In this document: positions 19,101-30,063 of the stretch, piece after piece
Position numbering within the stretch: position 1 is the first letter of the stretch
Layout of the letters: each line of letters opens with the position of its first letter
Origin: Guillardia theta CCMP2712
Taxonomy: Eukaryota; Protista; Cryptophyta
Assembly (NCBI RefSeq): GCF_000315625.1
Contig: NW_005434433.1
Coordinates: 1 to 41,123, forward strand
DNA length: 41,123 nt
Direction: 5' to 3'
Translations under genes and position numbers: made by a program
Notes under the pieces: model-generated
The model's input: only the letters and a program-made list of their open reading frames with translations
What the model was told of the DNA's origin: nothing
The model's database searches: none

Positions 19101-22100
19101 GGACATACAAAGCGCCGTCAACCCTTCGCTGACCTCGGTGCAGTTCACAACCATTGATCTCGACGTCACCAACCCAGCTGGCGACATCTGCTTGCGCACC
19201 GACTCCACCTGCCTGCGGGACAGCCAGTCGCTCGGCGGGTTCTCCACCCCCGTCGACCTTGTGCAGTCCGTCAGGGGTGTTGACATCTACGTGTTCTACC
19301 GCGACGGGACGGCGGGGAGCCGCGATCCCAATGCGGACGAGTTCTACTCTGCGGAATACCCCAGGACGAGCACGAGATGGTACCCTGCCTGGGTCGACTG
19401 CTTCAATGTCACGGGGGTGAACAAGAGCCACCTGCTGTCATGGACGGGCTGGGATGCGGAGACGGTGGGATCGGTGCAGAGCACGCTGAACTCATGGTAT
19501 GCCGGGACGGGGCAGCAGCCCAACTTCGCCGTCCTCTCCAACGAGGCAATCTGGAGCCGGTACGGGGCAAGGCCCACTGGGGTCTCTACACGCTGCAGCA
19601 CCGATTCCTGCACTACGATCCTGGGATCGGTGAGCCCCTGCCCTGGCAAGGTCTGCAATGTTGCCCGCGACAACAGCCTCGTGCATGCCATTGCCCTGCA
19701 TCTGCAGAATGCAACGGAGATCTTCTGTGCCAGCAGCGCGACGGACGCGCTCTCCAAGTGCCCGCTGAGGTCGGTGAATCAGAGCGTATTGGCAGAGATC
19801 ATGGACAACCTCTGGATCTGCAAGAGTGACTGCGCCCGCGTGCCGTTGCTCAAGTATATCGGAAAACACCTCTACCGCTACAGGAGGATCGACGAATCCG
19901 TTCTTGGCTTCACAAGCTCTGACAGGAACTACATCGGCCTCACAGGGCAGAGCTCAGCGGCCAATGGGTATACACAGAAGGATGCATTCCGGCTCATGCA
20001 CTTTCTTGTGTCAAGGCAGATCACGTCTGGCAACGGCCTTCTCCCTTCCGACCTGTACAACCAGCTGTGGATAACGCCGGATTTCCTCAGCCTTGCATTC
20101 ATGGACACCAACGACAAGTATCCAGACACAACGCTGAACCTCTACGAGCTGAACAGCTACAGGGCACAGGCCGAGACTATGCGTCTCCAACCCCTCGACA
20201 AGTGCATCAACCAGATTGTCAAGACCACCGAATGCACACCGGCGTCACACAGGGAGAGCCTCAAGTCGTGCCTTGCGCAGTACAAGCGGAAGTCTGCAAG
20301 CGTCGCTGACCTCGAGCAATCCGTGCTAACCAAGCTCACGGCTGCACAGGTGACCTCGATGCACAGCCTGCACTGGGCCAAGGCTGCGAGGCCGTCGCGA
20401 GATCAATACCTCGATTGGGTGCTGAGCGATATGCGCTGCGAGGAGACGCTGCAGTCCGAAGCCGTTTGCTACAGGACCTTCGACGGCTACGTGCTCTCGC
20501 TCAACCCATGGCTGGGCGGGGGCTTCAACATCAGGGATGCCTGCGACACGGTGGTGCTCCCCAATGAGTTCAGCACCGTCATCAGCGGGGGTTGCAAGAC
20601 CGGGATCTCCGCCTGCACGGAGTACAACTCCCTGGTCTATGCCCAGTGCATCACAAAGAACAACCAGCCCCCATCCCGCATCGACATCCTGAGCACTGCA
20701 GGCAACAACCTCTGCAACCGCGGGATTCGCGTCAACACAACCTGCCTGCACGAGCAGGGGAGCTTTGGCGGCGGGTCCGGGACGACGATGGAGGATCTCT
20801 ATACACGCCCGGCCACCTCCATGCCTTACTCGGGCATCTTTGGCTCGAATCCAAACCCCGCGTTCCAGGCCCGCTCGCCACAGTTTGGCATCCTGAGGCA
20901 GTCGCAGATGGACATCGGGGGGTCGCTCCTCGTCGCCGACCTCGCCCCGCTGCCCGACGGCGTCACGCACAACCTGCTGCCGAAATGCCTGCCCCTTGCC
21001 TATGCAACCAATGCGGATACCTCCCCGAGCACCCCAGGGATCGACCCATGCGCATCCAACAACCTCGATTGGCTCAAGACCTACGCCATCGATTCCCGCT
21101 CGGATTACGATCTGAATGCGGCCGAGCTTGGCAGCGCATCGCAGAACGGGGCGGTGTCCTGGGACTGCCCTGTGAGGGAGATGCACTACTGGGGAGGATC
21201 ATCGCAGTCCTTCCGTCCCAAGGCACCCTACGGGCCCCGTGCAGCGACGATGTTCTCGGAGACCAACCAGATGGGCGGCACGGTAGGGAACGGGATGTCC
21301 AACCCCATGCAGCCCTTTGGAACCACGATCCCAGACCTCGCAGACCCATTCTTCGTGAGCGAGATCTGCAGCTGCTCCTCGAAGTCCGACTGCTCCTTCC
21401 TCACCACCGACACGGCGAGCAGCTGTGGGCTGTACCAGACGGTCGATCTCCTCACCGGGAACCAATGGAAGACCAAGCAGAGCTACGCGGGAACTCAGGG
21501 ATGCAAGCGGAGCCTTGACTGGCCCAACACCAAGGGCGTCCTCCGCGACGGTACCGACCTAGGGAGTGCGGCACAGAACACAGACTGCCCCGTCCACGAT
21601 CGTCTCAGGGAGTTCCAGCTCAGGTATCTCCCTGTGAGCATCACGGCGGATGCCGGCATCACCACCCTGGACGCGGGAGGGGAATGCCACACAGGGCGCC
21701 TCGTCCGCGTCCCAAGCACCGTTCCCATCGGGGGGAGATGCCACCGGTACAACTTCTCACACCTCGAGTGCAGCATCACAACCCTCATCGCAGGGAAGCC
21801 AGTGACGGACACCTCCTTTCACGCCCTCGACGTCCCATCCCCAACGGACTTTGTCACGCAATTCCAGGCCAATCATAGGAGGACATTCCAGGAGTGCCAG
21901 CCCTCCCCACAGCTCAGATCCTACGTCGACAGAACCGACAACGCCAGGAACCCCGTATCCAGCAGCATGAGACAATTCACAAGCTTTGGGGTTCCCGTGA
22001 GGCTCTCCCTCTCCCGCACGATGGCACAGGACCTCCGAAGGCAGATCTGTGGCAATTCCATCGATTGCCCGTTGCTCGACAATGCCATCGACCCGAGCAA

Positions 22101-25100
22101 GTGGACCGTCGACAGCTTCCTGCAGGCCTACCTGCAGGATTTCACCTCCCTCTTCCAGATACAAAGCAGCGCCTCCATCTCCACCCCGGCGCCGCCCAAT
22201 CCCGTGAATGACAGCAAGTTCTGGGACAGGGAATGGGTCTTCTGCTCTGACAGCGACCGGTACTCCAAACCCTACTCCAACAGGAAGTGCTACGGATCCA
22301 TCCCGAAAGAGACCTGGCTTGACCCTAAGCAGCGCTTCGGTGCGTGCCGCGATGCCATGTCGGCGGCCCCAACCACCAGCACGATGATCCCCATACGCAT
22401 ATGGACGCTCGACTCTACGATGAACAACCTCTCAACGCACGTCGCCAGCCTCCTGCAGAGGATACAGGCTGCCAACTGCAAGGCCGCGGGGGTGTGCGTC
22501 GAATCACGCTTCCTCTACAACCCGTCGGCCTACAGCATATCCAACCAGGCCTTTGTGACGCAGACGGTGCTGGACTTCTACCAGTCGGTGAGCAGCGAGG
22601 CGTGCTCCTCGGTGTACACCACGCAGGAGATCCAGGCGGTGATCGCACAGAACAACAACATGAAGAAGCAGTGCGCGGCAGAGTTCCTTGTCCCTATCTA
22701 CAAGCTGTTTGGGGACCTGAGGCAGATCGTTCAGACCATTGTCAAGCTCGTCTTCTACGCAGGGATGATGGGGTTCAACTTCATGCAGCTGCTGCTAGGC
22801 ATCAACTCCGATCAGGTCATGCCACAGGTGATGCATTGGTTCAACATGTTCATCAACGAGGCAAGGGTGCTGTTTGAGCAGATCGGGAACATGGTGTTTG
22901 AGCTCATACGCTCCGCTCCCTTTGGGGATCAGCTCATGAAGATCATCAAGATCATCTGCACCATCATCAACTGGTTCCTGAACAATTTTTTCTTCCCTGT
23001 CATATGCCCCATCCTGCACTTTGTAGGTGACGTGTGTACGGGCATCGGGAATGCCCTGAAGACAATCCATGACATCAGCATCATCGGGATCAAGCCCTTC
23101 ACCTGGATCGTCTACCAGATATACCTGGATGTAGGCAACAAGCTCAAGTCGATCGATTGCAATGCCAGGAATGTCCTCAAGTGTGACATTGGGAATGCCT
23201 TCCCACCTCAGGCGGAGGATGGGACCCTGCCGACGCCCACCCGCTGCTGGGCCAGCTACATCACCAGCGTGAGCGACGGGGCCCGCCTCTCCTGCTCCGC
23301 CTCGGACACCTGCCTTCGCGCCACGGCCTCGAGCGGGTCGGACACGATGGTGTGCGACGCATGCCCCTACGGCGGATCCACCAGCACGGTGGCAAGGTAC
23401 GGGTGCGATCCCATACGGAAACAGTGCATGTGCAACGTGATGCAGACCTACGAGACGCCGTGCATGACGCACGAGCAGTGTGTCAACCAGATCGATGCCA
23501 CCTGCGTCTTCATGAACAGCGACATACAGCCGACCTTTGGAAACATCCCGTGCGCACAGTGCACAACGCAGCCGATGTGCATCCTGCAACCCGGAAAGAC
23601 CTACGGCTCTTGCTCCTGCTTCCTCACGCGGGTGGACCCACAGGGCTGCTCCATCAGCGATGTCACCAAGGCGGTGGCACCGAAGCTCTCCGGCCTCTGC
23701 CTTGCGCAGGTGACCACCTCCATGGGTGGGTTCTCGGCATCCTCCAGCGCGACCTACACGATAAGCTACAACAACCTCCTCGCCACACCTTGCTACAACA
23801 GCAACTACGACCAGGTGTATTGCTACAGCGTGTTCAGCTCGTTCTTCAGCTTTGCACCGATGCTCGTCTCCATTGGCATCAGCGGCATGTCTGGCGCCGG
23901 CGCCTCGGGCCCTTACGGCCGCCGCCTCCTCGGTTTGGACTCCCCAGAGTTCTACAGCCACGACGCCACCTGCATGGACGCCTACGACGAATACCTCCTC
24001 TCCAACCGCACCACCCGCGTGTTTGTCTCTTGCATCACCAGGTTCGCTGCAACCTACGATGTTGCAAGGCGGCACGGCATCGAGGATCGCATCCCTCCCA
24101 ACATGTTTGTGAGCCTCACCGACCTGATGGAGACCATAGGGAATGATCCCACCGCCCTCCTCCTCCTGCTGTACAATCCCACCCTCGTGCTGGAGCTTGG
24201 CATGCAGACCAGCATCTTCCAGCGCTTGCACCGCTACTACCACGTGTGGACGAGGGTGTTCCACGACCTCTACTACGAGATCGCAATCCACGGCACGAAG
24301 AGGAACAACAGCCTTCATTATCGCATAGATATCGACGGCGGGATGTATATCCACGGTGACAACATCAGCGAGACCACGCTCCTCCTCCTCAACATCCTCC
24401 ACAGCCTCTCCTCCCACTTCAACCGCTCGGGGGTAGACGGCCCGCTGGCGATCCAGAACCAGCTCGCGATGAAGCACATCCTCAGCATCGCCGCCGATGG
24501 GCCTTTTGCCATGCACCTGCTCGAGAACATCACCAACGCATCCATCGGCAGGCACCTGCTGCAGACCTCATGGCAGACACAGAGGAGCGAGGTGAAGCGG
24601 TTCACCGCCTCCACCTCCCTGAATGACGGCATTGTCGAGCCAGTTGGGGCGGCGACCAGCAATGCCTGGGTGGACAGCCCCTTTGCATGGCCCGTGAATT
24701 ACGACATCCCGCAGACCCTCGGGTCCTGTGCGCTCCTGTCCAACACACTGACTCTGACGAGGAACGCCTTTGGCAACGTTACACTGTTCTACACCCAGGG
24801 CTCCCTCCTCGCCGCCAGCCCCCGCAAGGTGGTTTCAGGCAGCTGGCCCCTAAGCGGCCTGCCGCAGACCAAGACTGTGCCACCGCTGCAGAGGCCCGTC
24901 AACGGGGATTGGATCTCGACAATGGTCTTCACTGTCGTGTCCGCACTGGAGCACACGCCGTTCAATCGGCAGTTCTTCTACAATGCGCTCATGGCATCGC
25001 CTGGATTCCTGCAAGACTTTCTCCGGTGCGACCGGTCGGCCGTGATGCTGTGCTCCAAGCACAAGTACACACTGCTGGTCTCCGGCATCGTCGTAGGGAT

Positions 25101-25740
25101 ACTGCTCGCGGGGACCACTGCGGTGATCACTGCCTTCCAGATCCCCTACGTGAGCACATTCCTCTGGGGCACGTACCCAGTCATCACCAGCTACTACGCC
25201 TTTGGTGTCTCCCCCTTCTGCGCACCGATGATCCCGACGTGCTTCATTCAGGACTTTGTGGATATTGCCAACGTGTTCTTCCCCTCGTCCTTCCGCTTCC
25301 CCGACAGCCTACAGACCTCACCTGGGTGCCTCAACGACCCGGCGGTGGTCAATAGGGAGGCATGCATCATCCCCTGCAGCGACGCGCCGTTTGAATTCAA
25401 TACGTGGGAATCCGAGATCGCATGGTGGACTTGCTTCATCTCTACCGACCTCTGCAGGTCTCTGGGGGCGTCCATCGCTGGATTCCCGGCCGCGGTTCAG
25501 TTCACCTCGCTCAACCGGCACATATCTGTCAAGGCAGCCATCATCGATGCATACCAAGAAGACATGATCAACGCACAATTGGTTTGCGGCACGCTGAATA
25601 TCTGGCGGGTCATACCAATCTACATCATCATATTCTTCCTCCTCTACGTCATAGGCCTCCTCGTGAGCTTCCCGGTATTCCTCCTGAGGGAGGTACTGAA
25701 GCTCATCATCGCGACAGTCATAATGACACATATAGATTAA
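13011..25740 (+). CDS. Giant (~4200 aa) cysteine-rich membrane/surface glycoprotein, true 5' end unclear
   Basis: Coding-like across two 100-N gaps (frame across the gaps is unreliable). Many small Cys modules and NxS/T sites, an internal hydrophobic helical block (~22690-23130), RRLL (~23920) and RHLL (~24550) motifs, C-terminal TM helices. No signal peptide or in-context ATG. Confidence 0.85.
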
Positions 25741-25815
25741 AACTAGATATTAGAATTAGTCAACCACAGGGGAGGGGCCTTTAAAAGGGGACCGCACGTG
25801 GGGGGCTTCCATCGA

Positions 25816-26781
25816 ATGTCCGAATCCTTCCCCCTCCCACGCATACGCCACACGGAGCTCCACAACACCAAGAAGACATACACCATACTGCTCGAGGTTG
25901 TCCGCCACAGCAGGCAGATGCGGGATCTCAGAGGCATCCGCTTCTTCTATCTCGGGGAGGGTGTCTCTGGCAAGTGCTTCCTTGCCAAGCAGGAGGGGCA
26001 TGCCTTGGTGATCAAGCTCTTTTCAAGTCCAACGCTCTTCATGGAAGAGACCCAGATCAACCGATACCTTCTCGATCAACTCTCTGACTACAGAGAGAGG
26101 GACCATATCGGCACCTGGTCGGGATTTGGGATGTTGAAGAAGGAATACAACCGAATCATGTACGCCATCCTCCCCTACCTCGGGGTGCCGACACCGCGTT
26201 TCATCTCATTCTATCAACCACACATGCGGGAGAAGCTAGTAGAGAGCTTCCAGAGGATCTGCCGCCAACTGGCCCGCCTGCACTCCCTCTCGGTCTATCA
26301 CACCGACATCCGAAACCACAACATCGTCATCAACGAGGATGGCTCTGCTTATCTCATCGACTGGGGGAATGCTTTCATCCCAAAGCTCCACCCCAAGGCT
26401 TACAACAAGGACGGGACAATATCCCACCTGCCCAATCCGACCCTTTGCCCCGAATCCATCAAGCTCAAGATATCCTGCATGACCAAGAACACCATGGATT
26501 ATCCGATCGTGTGCAGGGCCAATGCCTTCACCTACCACGACCTGGAGGCCACGGACTTCTACGCACTGACGATGGTGTTTGTCAAGATCTGCAAGGCATG
26601 CATCCAGAACGATATACACCTGCGGGATGCCATCGGCGGGTTCCTGCAATGCATCTACGAGAATTGCAACAACAACCAGGACATATTGAGACCATTCATA
26701 CTGGAGGCGATCATGGAGCACTTCGACGCACACCAGTGCATGGAATTCTTCAAGGCATGGAGTATATTGAACTCGAATTGA
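25816..26781 (+). CDS. Ser/Thr protein kinase
   Basis: Gly loop LGEGVSGKC, VIK lysine, helix-C Glu, HTDIRNHN catalytic loop, LIDWG. AATAAA directly at the stop. Confidence 0.92.
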   Translation: MSESFPLPRIRHTELHNTKKTYTILLEVVRHSRQMRDLRGIRFFYLGEGVSGKCFLAKQEGHALVIKLFSSPTLFMEETQINRYLLDQLSDYRERDHIGTWSGFGMLKKEYNRIMYAILPYLGVPTPRFISFYQPHMREKLVESFQRICRQLARLHSLSVYHTDIRNHNIVINEDGSAYLIDWGNAFIPKLHPKAYNKDGTISHLPNPTLCPESIKLKISCMTKNTMDYPIVCRANAFTYHDLEATDFYALTMVFVKICKACIQNDIHLRDAIGGFLQCIYENCNNNQDILRPFILEAIMEHFDAHQCMEFFKAWSILNSN

Positions 26782-26787
26782 ATAAAT

Positions 26788-27351
26788 CTACGCGTAAAAC
26801 TCTGGGTTCGAGCTGTAATAGCACGCAAGCTGCAGTGCGATGCAAACGTCATCCTTCATGCCTCCCACCTTTCCACTGAGCGCCATCTGATCCTTGTTGA
26901 ACACACTGGCCGCGCTCTTGAACTGGTAGGAGTAGATCTCCAGCTGCTCGCGAAGCCGACGCTTCATGCCCCTCGGATCGCGGCTCACGAAATTCTCCCA
27001 GAGATGCACCCTCCCCTCCCTCAGCAGTGAGTTCAGCATCGTGCACATCGCATGCTTGATCTCATGCGTGGTGAGGACGCCGTAGCGCTGGGCCTTGTGG
27101 TCAACCCTGAATCTCACATTCTTCATGCCGTTGAAATGGCGCTGGTGATACTCCGCCTCGAACCCAAGGTTCCGCTCCACCATGACAATGATCTCGGATA
27201 CTACAAAGGCCGTGTTGCAATCCCTCAGGCGCTGCATGTGCTCGGCGAGGAGATCGAACTGCTTGTCTGGCTCTGCAGTGCAAGAGGTTAAAAAATGCAT
27301 CAAAAGGAAGCGTTCACCCTTGCATCCGGAGAGGACGTCCATCCCGACAAT
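26788..27351 (-). CDS. Terminase large subunit, final exon(s): RNase H-like nuclease C-terminus
   Basis: MVERNLGFEAE and LSGKVGGMKDDVCIALQLACY match herpes-type terminase (VEGN; SGK..DDLxVAxxMAxY). Acceptor CTGAC..TTGCAG| at 27352. Probable in-frame 45-nt intron at 27273-27317. Confidence 0.9.
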   Translation of the reverse strand: MVGMDVLSGCKGERFLLMHFLTSCTAEPDKQFDLLAEHMQRLRDCNTAFVVSEIIVMVERNLGFEAEYHQRHFNGMKNVRFRVDHKAQRYGVLTTHEIKHAMCTMLNSLLREGRVHLWENFVSRDPRGMKRRLREQLEIYSYQFKSAASVFNKDQMALSGKVGGMKDDVCIALQLACYYSSNPEFYA

Positions 27352-27365
27352 CTGCAACGGCAAGA

Positions 27366-27761
27366 ATGTCAGTGCCACAGAGAGACATCCTCTTCCACAT
27401 CCTCTACAACAACGACATGAAGACAACAATGAAGCTCTGCCGGGAATCTGCACAGAGGCTTGCCAACATATTGAAAGACCCGCTCCCCTCCAAATTGCTC
27501 GACATCGCCAGCAGGAACGAGCACATGGCGCGGTGTGTGCTGATCTTGCTGCTCAATGTTGACATGGGTCTCAAGGAGACATTCACAAAGCCCTACGTCA
27601 TCGAGGAAGCCGAAGTCACCCTCCAACCCCTCTGCGGATACAAGGCCCCCGTGTTTTTCAAGGCGATCGACAGCACTGTGATCCCAAACTTCCTCCGAGA
27701 CGAACTCAAGACCACCATCACCTTCGAGCAGGAGATCCAGGAGATGTATCAATGCTCATGA
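27366..27761 (+). CDS. Hypothetical protein nested in terminase intron
   Basis: 131-aa ORF (start could be 27417) wholly inside the intron, antisense to the terminase. Confidence 0.7.
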   Translation: MSVPQRDILFHILYNNDMKTTMKLCRESAQRLANILKDPLPSKLLDIASRNEHMARCVLILLLNVDMGLKETFTKPYVIEEAEVTLQPLCGYKAPVFFKAIDSTVIPNFLRDELKTTITFEQEIQEMYQCS

Positions 27762-27777
27762 GCATGGCATCGCCTGG

Positions 27778-27785
27778 TATTTAAA
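27778..27785 (+). promoter_or_regulatory. TATTTAAA promoter box
   Basis: 25 nt before ATG 27810; the same motif at similar spacing recurs at six other genes. Confidence 0.65.
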
Positions 27786-27809
27786 CTTGCAGACCCAGTT
27801 CAGTTAACC

Positions 27810-28490
27810 ATGATATCGGGTCTGAAAGACTTCACGTCCTTTCTTGCGAGCACCATTGACGATGCAGAACGTGACATTTGCAAGGTTGTGCTCCACCTGG
27901 AGTACAACAGGGAGAGAATCTGCAATGCTGACCTTCAGCCACTGATTCTAGACACTAAGGTGGTCCTGTTGATCGTCGCTTCCTGTACCAGCTTCAACAT
28001 CCCCGAGAAGACCATGATCTGGGAAACGATGATCAAACACCAGGGCACATGGCAAGAGTTGGTGCTCGAACTGAAGAAGCACGAGGATGATGCCCAGTGC
28101 TCGGAACTCTGCAAGGACCTCGACGAAATCCTTCTCTATCTCGATATGTATCGACATGGAGTTGACCTGAAGCCTGAGGTTTTCCAGACTATCTCGGAGC
28201 TGAACACCTTCACGATGCCGTCAAACGGCAAGGTCCCCGTGTGCATCATCAATGCCCTGCACCTCATGCAACAACAGCATAGGTACATGCCTGAGCACAT
28301 GGTCCAGGATCCGACGTACGGTGATTTCATCAAGCTCCTCGCACTGGCCAACAACATCCCCGTGCGCAAGAGCACAATGAGCAAGGTCCAAGATGCTGCC
28401 TGGATGGTTGTCACCTTCGTTGTGAAGCACTGTATCGGATTCACGATATATGTGTTTGAAAAGTACACCCTCAGACACATCCTTTGGTAA
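27810..28490 (+). CDS. Hypothetical protein nested in terminase intron (C-terminal hydrophobic segment)
   Basis: 226-aa ORF with its own TATTTAAA and a downstream AATAAA (~28533), all within the intron. Confidence 0.8.
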   Translation: MISGLKDFTSFLASTIDDAERDICKVVLHLEYNRERICNADLQPLILDTKVVLLIVASCTSFNIPEKTMIWETMIKHQGTWQELVLELKKHEDDAQCSELCKDLDEILLYLDMYRHGVDLKPEVFQTISELNTFTMPSNGKVPVCIINALHLMQQQHRYMPEHMVQDPTYGDFIKLLALANNIPVRKSTMSKVQDAAWMVVTFVVKHCIGFTIYVFEKYTLRHILW

Positions 28491-28563
28491 CCCTGCGGAA
28501 TCGCGCAAAGGAAATCCCACTGGTGTTTGCAAGAATAAAACACGCACACATCCCTGCACTTAC

Positions 28564-29121
28564 CGTGATCAACCCCTTGTGCCTCACGATGCTCACCACC
28601 GCGTAGTCACTCTGCGGGCCACCCGCCGCTGGGTCCACCACAAGGTAGATGTTCTGGTTGCTGACAAACGGGGGCGCCTGCTGCGACAGCATGGCCTCGA
28701 TGTCCTTCACCCTGAACGCCTGCTGCAAAGAATCGAACGCCAGCCCCGCCAGCTCCGACTGGATGAGGTCGGGCCTGTCTTGCATCACCACCTTCAGCCT
28801 CCTGTGCCTCTCCCCGCTCTGCCACTGCGGAACGAGATGCAGCATGTGCACACACTCATGGCTCTTCCCGTCCTCCTTGCACTGCTGGCAGGCGAGCTCG
28901 ATGCACTTGACGGCAAAGAGCGGGCGGCCAGTGTCGGGATCGCGCATCTTGATCAGCCTCGTGTAGAAATTGATTTCGGAGGTGAGCGTGGAGATGCAGA
29001 GCAGGGAGGTGCTGCCAATCGATAGGATTGGCGCGACGGTCTCATAGAAGAAGGTCGAATCGCAGTAGGCTGCCTCCTCCAAGATCAGGCAATCCCCGCC
29101 CGTGCCCTTGGTTGTGCCAAT
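28564..29121 (-). CDS. Terminase large subunit, internal exon: Walker B, coupling motif, Zn-binding segment, first nuclease Asp
   Basis: KGTGGDCLILEEAAY (cf. herpes RGQDFNLLFVDEANF), CIST, CQQC..C.H, YLVVDPA. Bounded by acceptor CTGACACTGTCTGTTTTGCAG| (29122) and donor GTAAGT. No ATG start. Confidence 0.9.
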
Positions 29122-29239
29122 CTGCAAAACAGACAGTGTCAGAGCCAACGCGCACACCAGCCGTCCACTTCCACCCTTATATCACTCGGCGCTGCATCGT
29201 ATTTAATACCGCGTAGCAACACACAAGCACTACAGAATC

Positions 29240-29554
29240 ATGTCTGAACCTATCAATATGAGGCAGACACTGGAAGATATCGCCAGCAAGCTCGACATTG
29301 TGTCGAGGCATGGTGATCAGGACGAGTTGATCAACGCTGGTATCACGGCAAGGAACCTGAGGAATGCAAAGAAGTTGAGCGACAAGCTACAGCATGCACC
29401 CAACACCAAGGAGCTCATCGATTCGTGCCATTCGCAGTGCAGGAATCTGATCTCCGCGCTCTCCGACAGGGAGAATAAGCAAAACGTGCGTGCGATCCAC
29501 CAGAATCTCATGCGAATCGCATCCCCAGGAAAGCAGAAGAAGACGAAGCACTGA
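29240..29554 (+). CDS. Small helical basic protein
   Basis: 104 aa; TATTTAAT at 29200-29207; C-terminal KQKKTKH. Confidence 0.7.
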   Translation: MSEPINMRQTLEDIASKLDIVSRHGDQDELINAGITARNLRNAKKLSDKLQHAPNTKELIDSCHSQCRNLISALSDRENKQNVRAIHQNLMRIASPGKQKKTKH

Positions 29555-29677
29555 GCGATACACCGTTGATACAAGATGCATTAAACTTGTAATCGACCCC
29601 ATCCCCCCTCTGACCCCCCCCTCTTGGGGTCTATATAAGCCCTCCCTCCCCCTCCCCCTCCCCCAACCCACCAGACC

Positions 29678-29992
29678 ATGGACTCTAAGCCCATGCTTTT
29701 TCACAACAACCTCCGCAGGCTTGCCCGCACCCTGGTGCATGCCAGGCACCCCACCAACTCGCAGACTGCAGAGTTTGTCGAGGAGCTCGAGCGTCTCACC
29801 AAGACGACCTACGAGGGTGTCACCGGGCTGTCCAGTGAGGACCGTCGCAGGTGCATTGACATTGCGACAGAGAACATGTGGCTGCTGCGCTACCTCGAGC
29901 TCTACACGCAGACCAACGCGGCGCGCTTCAAGCGCTCGACGCACGACTACGTCGGGCGCTTGCTCAACCTCTCCTTGGACGTTGTCTTCTAG
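29678..29992 (+). CDS. Small hypothetical protein
   Basis: 104 aa; TATATAA at ~29632, ACCATGG start context, AATAAA at ~30016. Confidence 0.75.
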   Translation: MDSKPMLFHNNLRRLARTLVHARHPTNSQTAEFVEELERLTKTTYEGVTGLSSEDRRRCIDIATENMWLLRYLELYTQTNAARFKRSTHDYVGRLLNLSLDVVF

Positions 29993-30063
29993 ATTGCACT
30001 GAGCCCTAAACATGCAATAAAGAATCTTAACCTATAAAAGCCTTGTCTTTGCAACGCTCACAA

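Larger units (their letters stand above)
27352..28563 (-). other. 1212-nt spliceosomal intron of the terminase containing two antisense genes
   Basis: Donor ACG|GTAAGT at 28563; branch CTGAC and acceptor TTGCAG at 27352. The phase-0 join gives HKGLIT-IVGMDVL. Confidence 0.85.

Noticed and set aside
22795-24555. 586-aa antisense ORF, plus 30286-31956, 26236-26733, 36487-37464, 15594-17018 and similar
   Set aside because: Shadow ORFs produced by strong G/C third-position bias of the overlapping real genes; no recognisable motifs.
26788-29157. Prophage terminase, or two separate pseudogene fragments
   Set aside because: Canonical spliceosomal sites give an exact in-frame join; TATA/AATAAA signals and no obvious Shine-Dalgarno pattern indicate eukaryotic expression.
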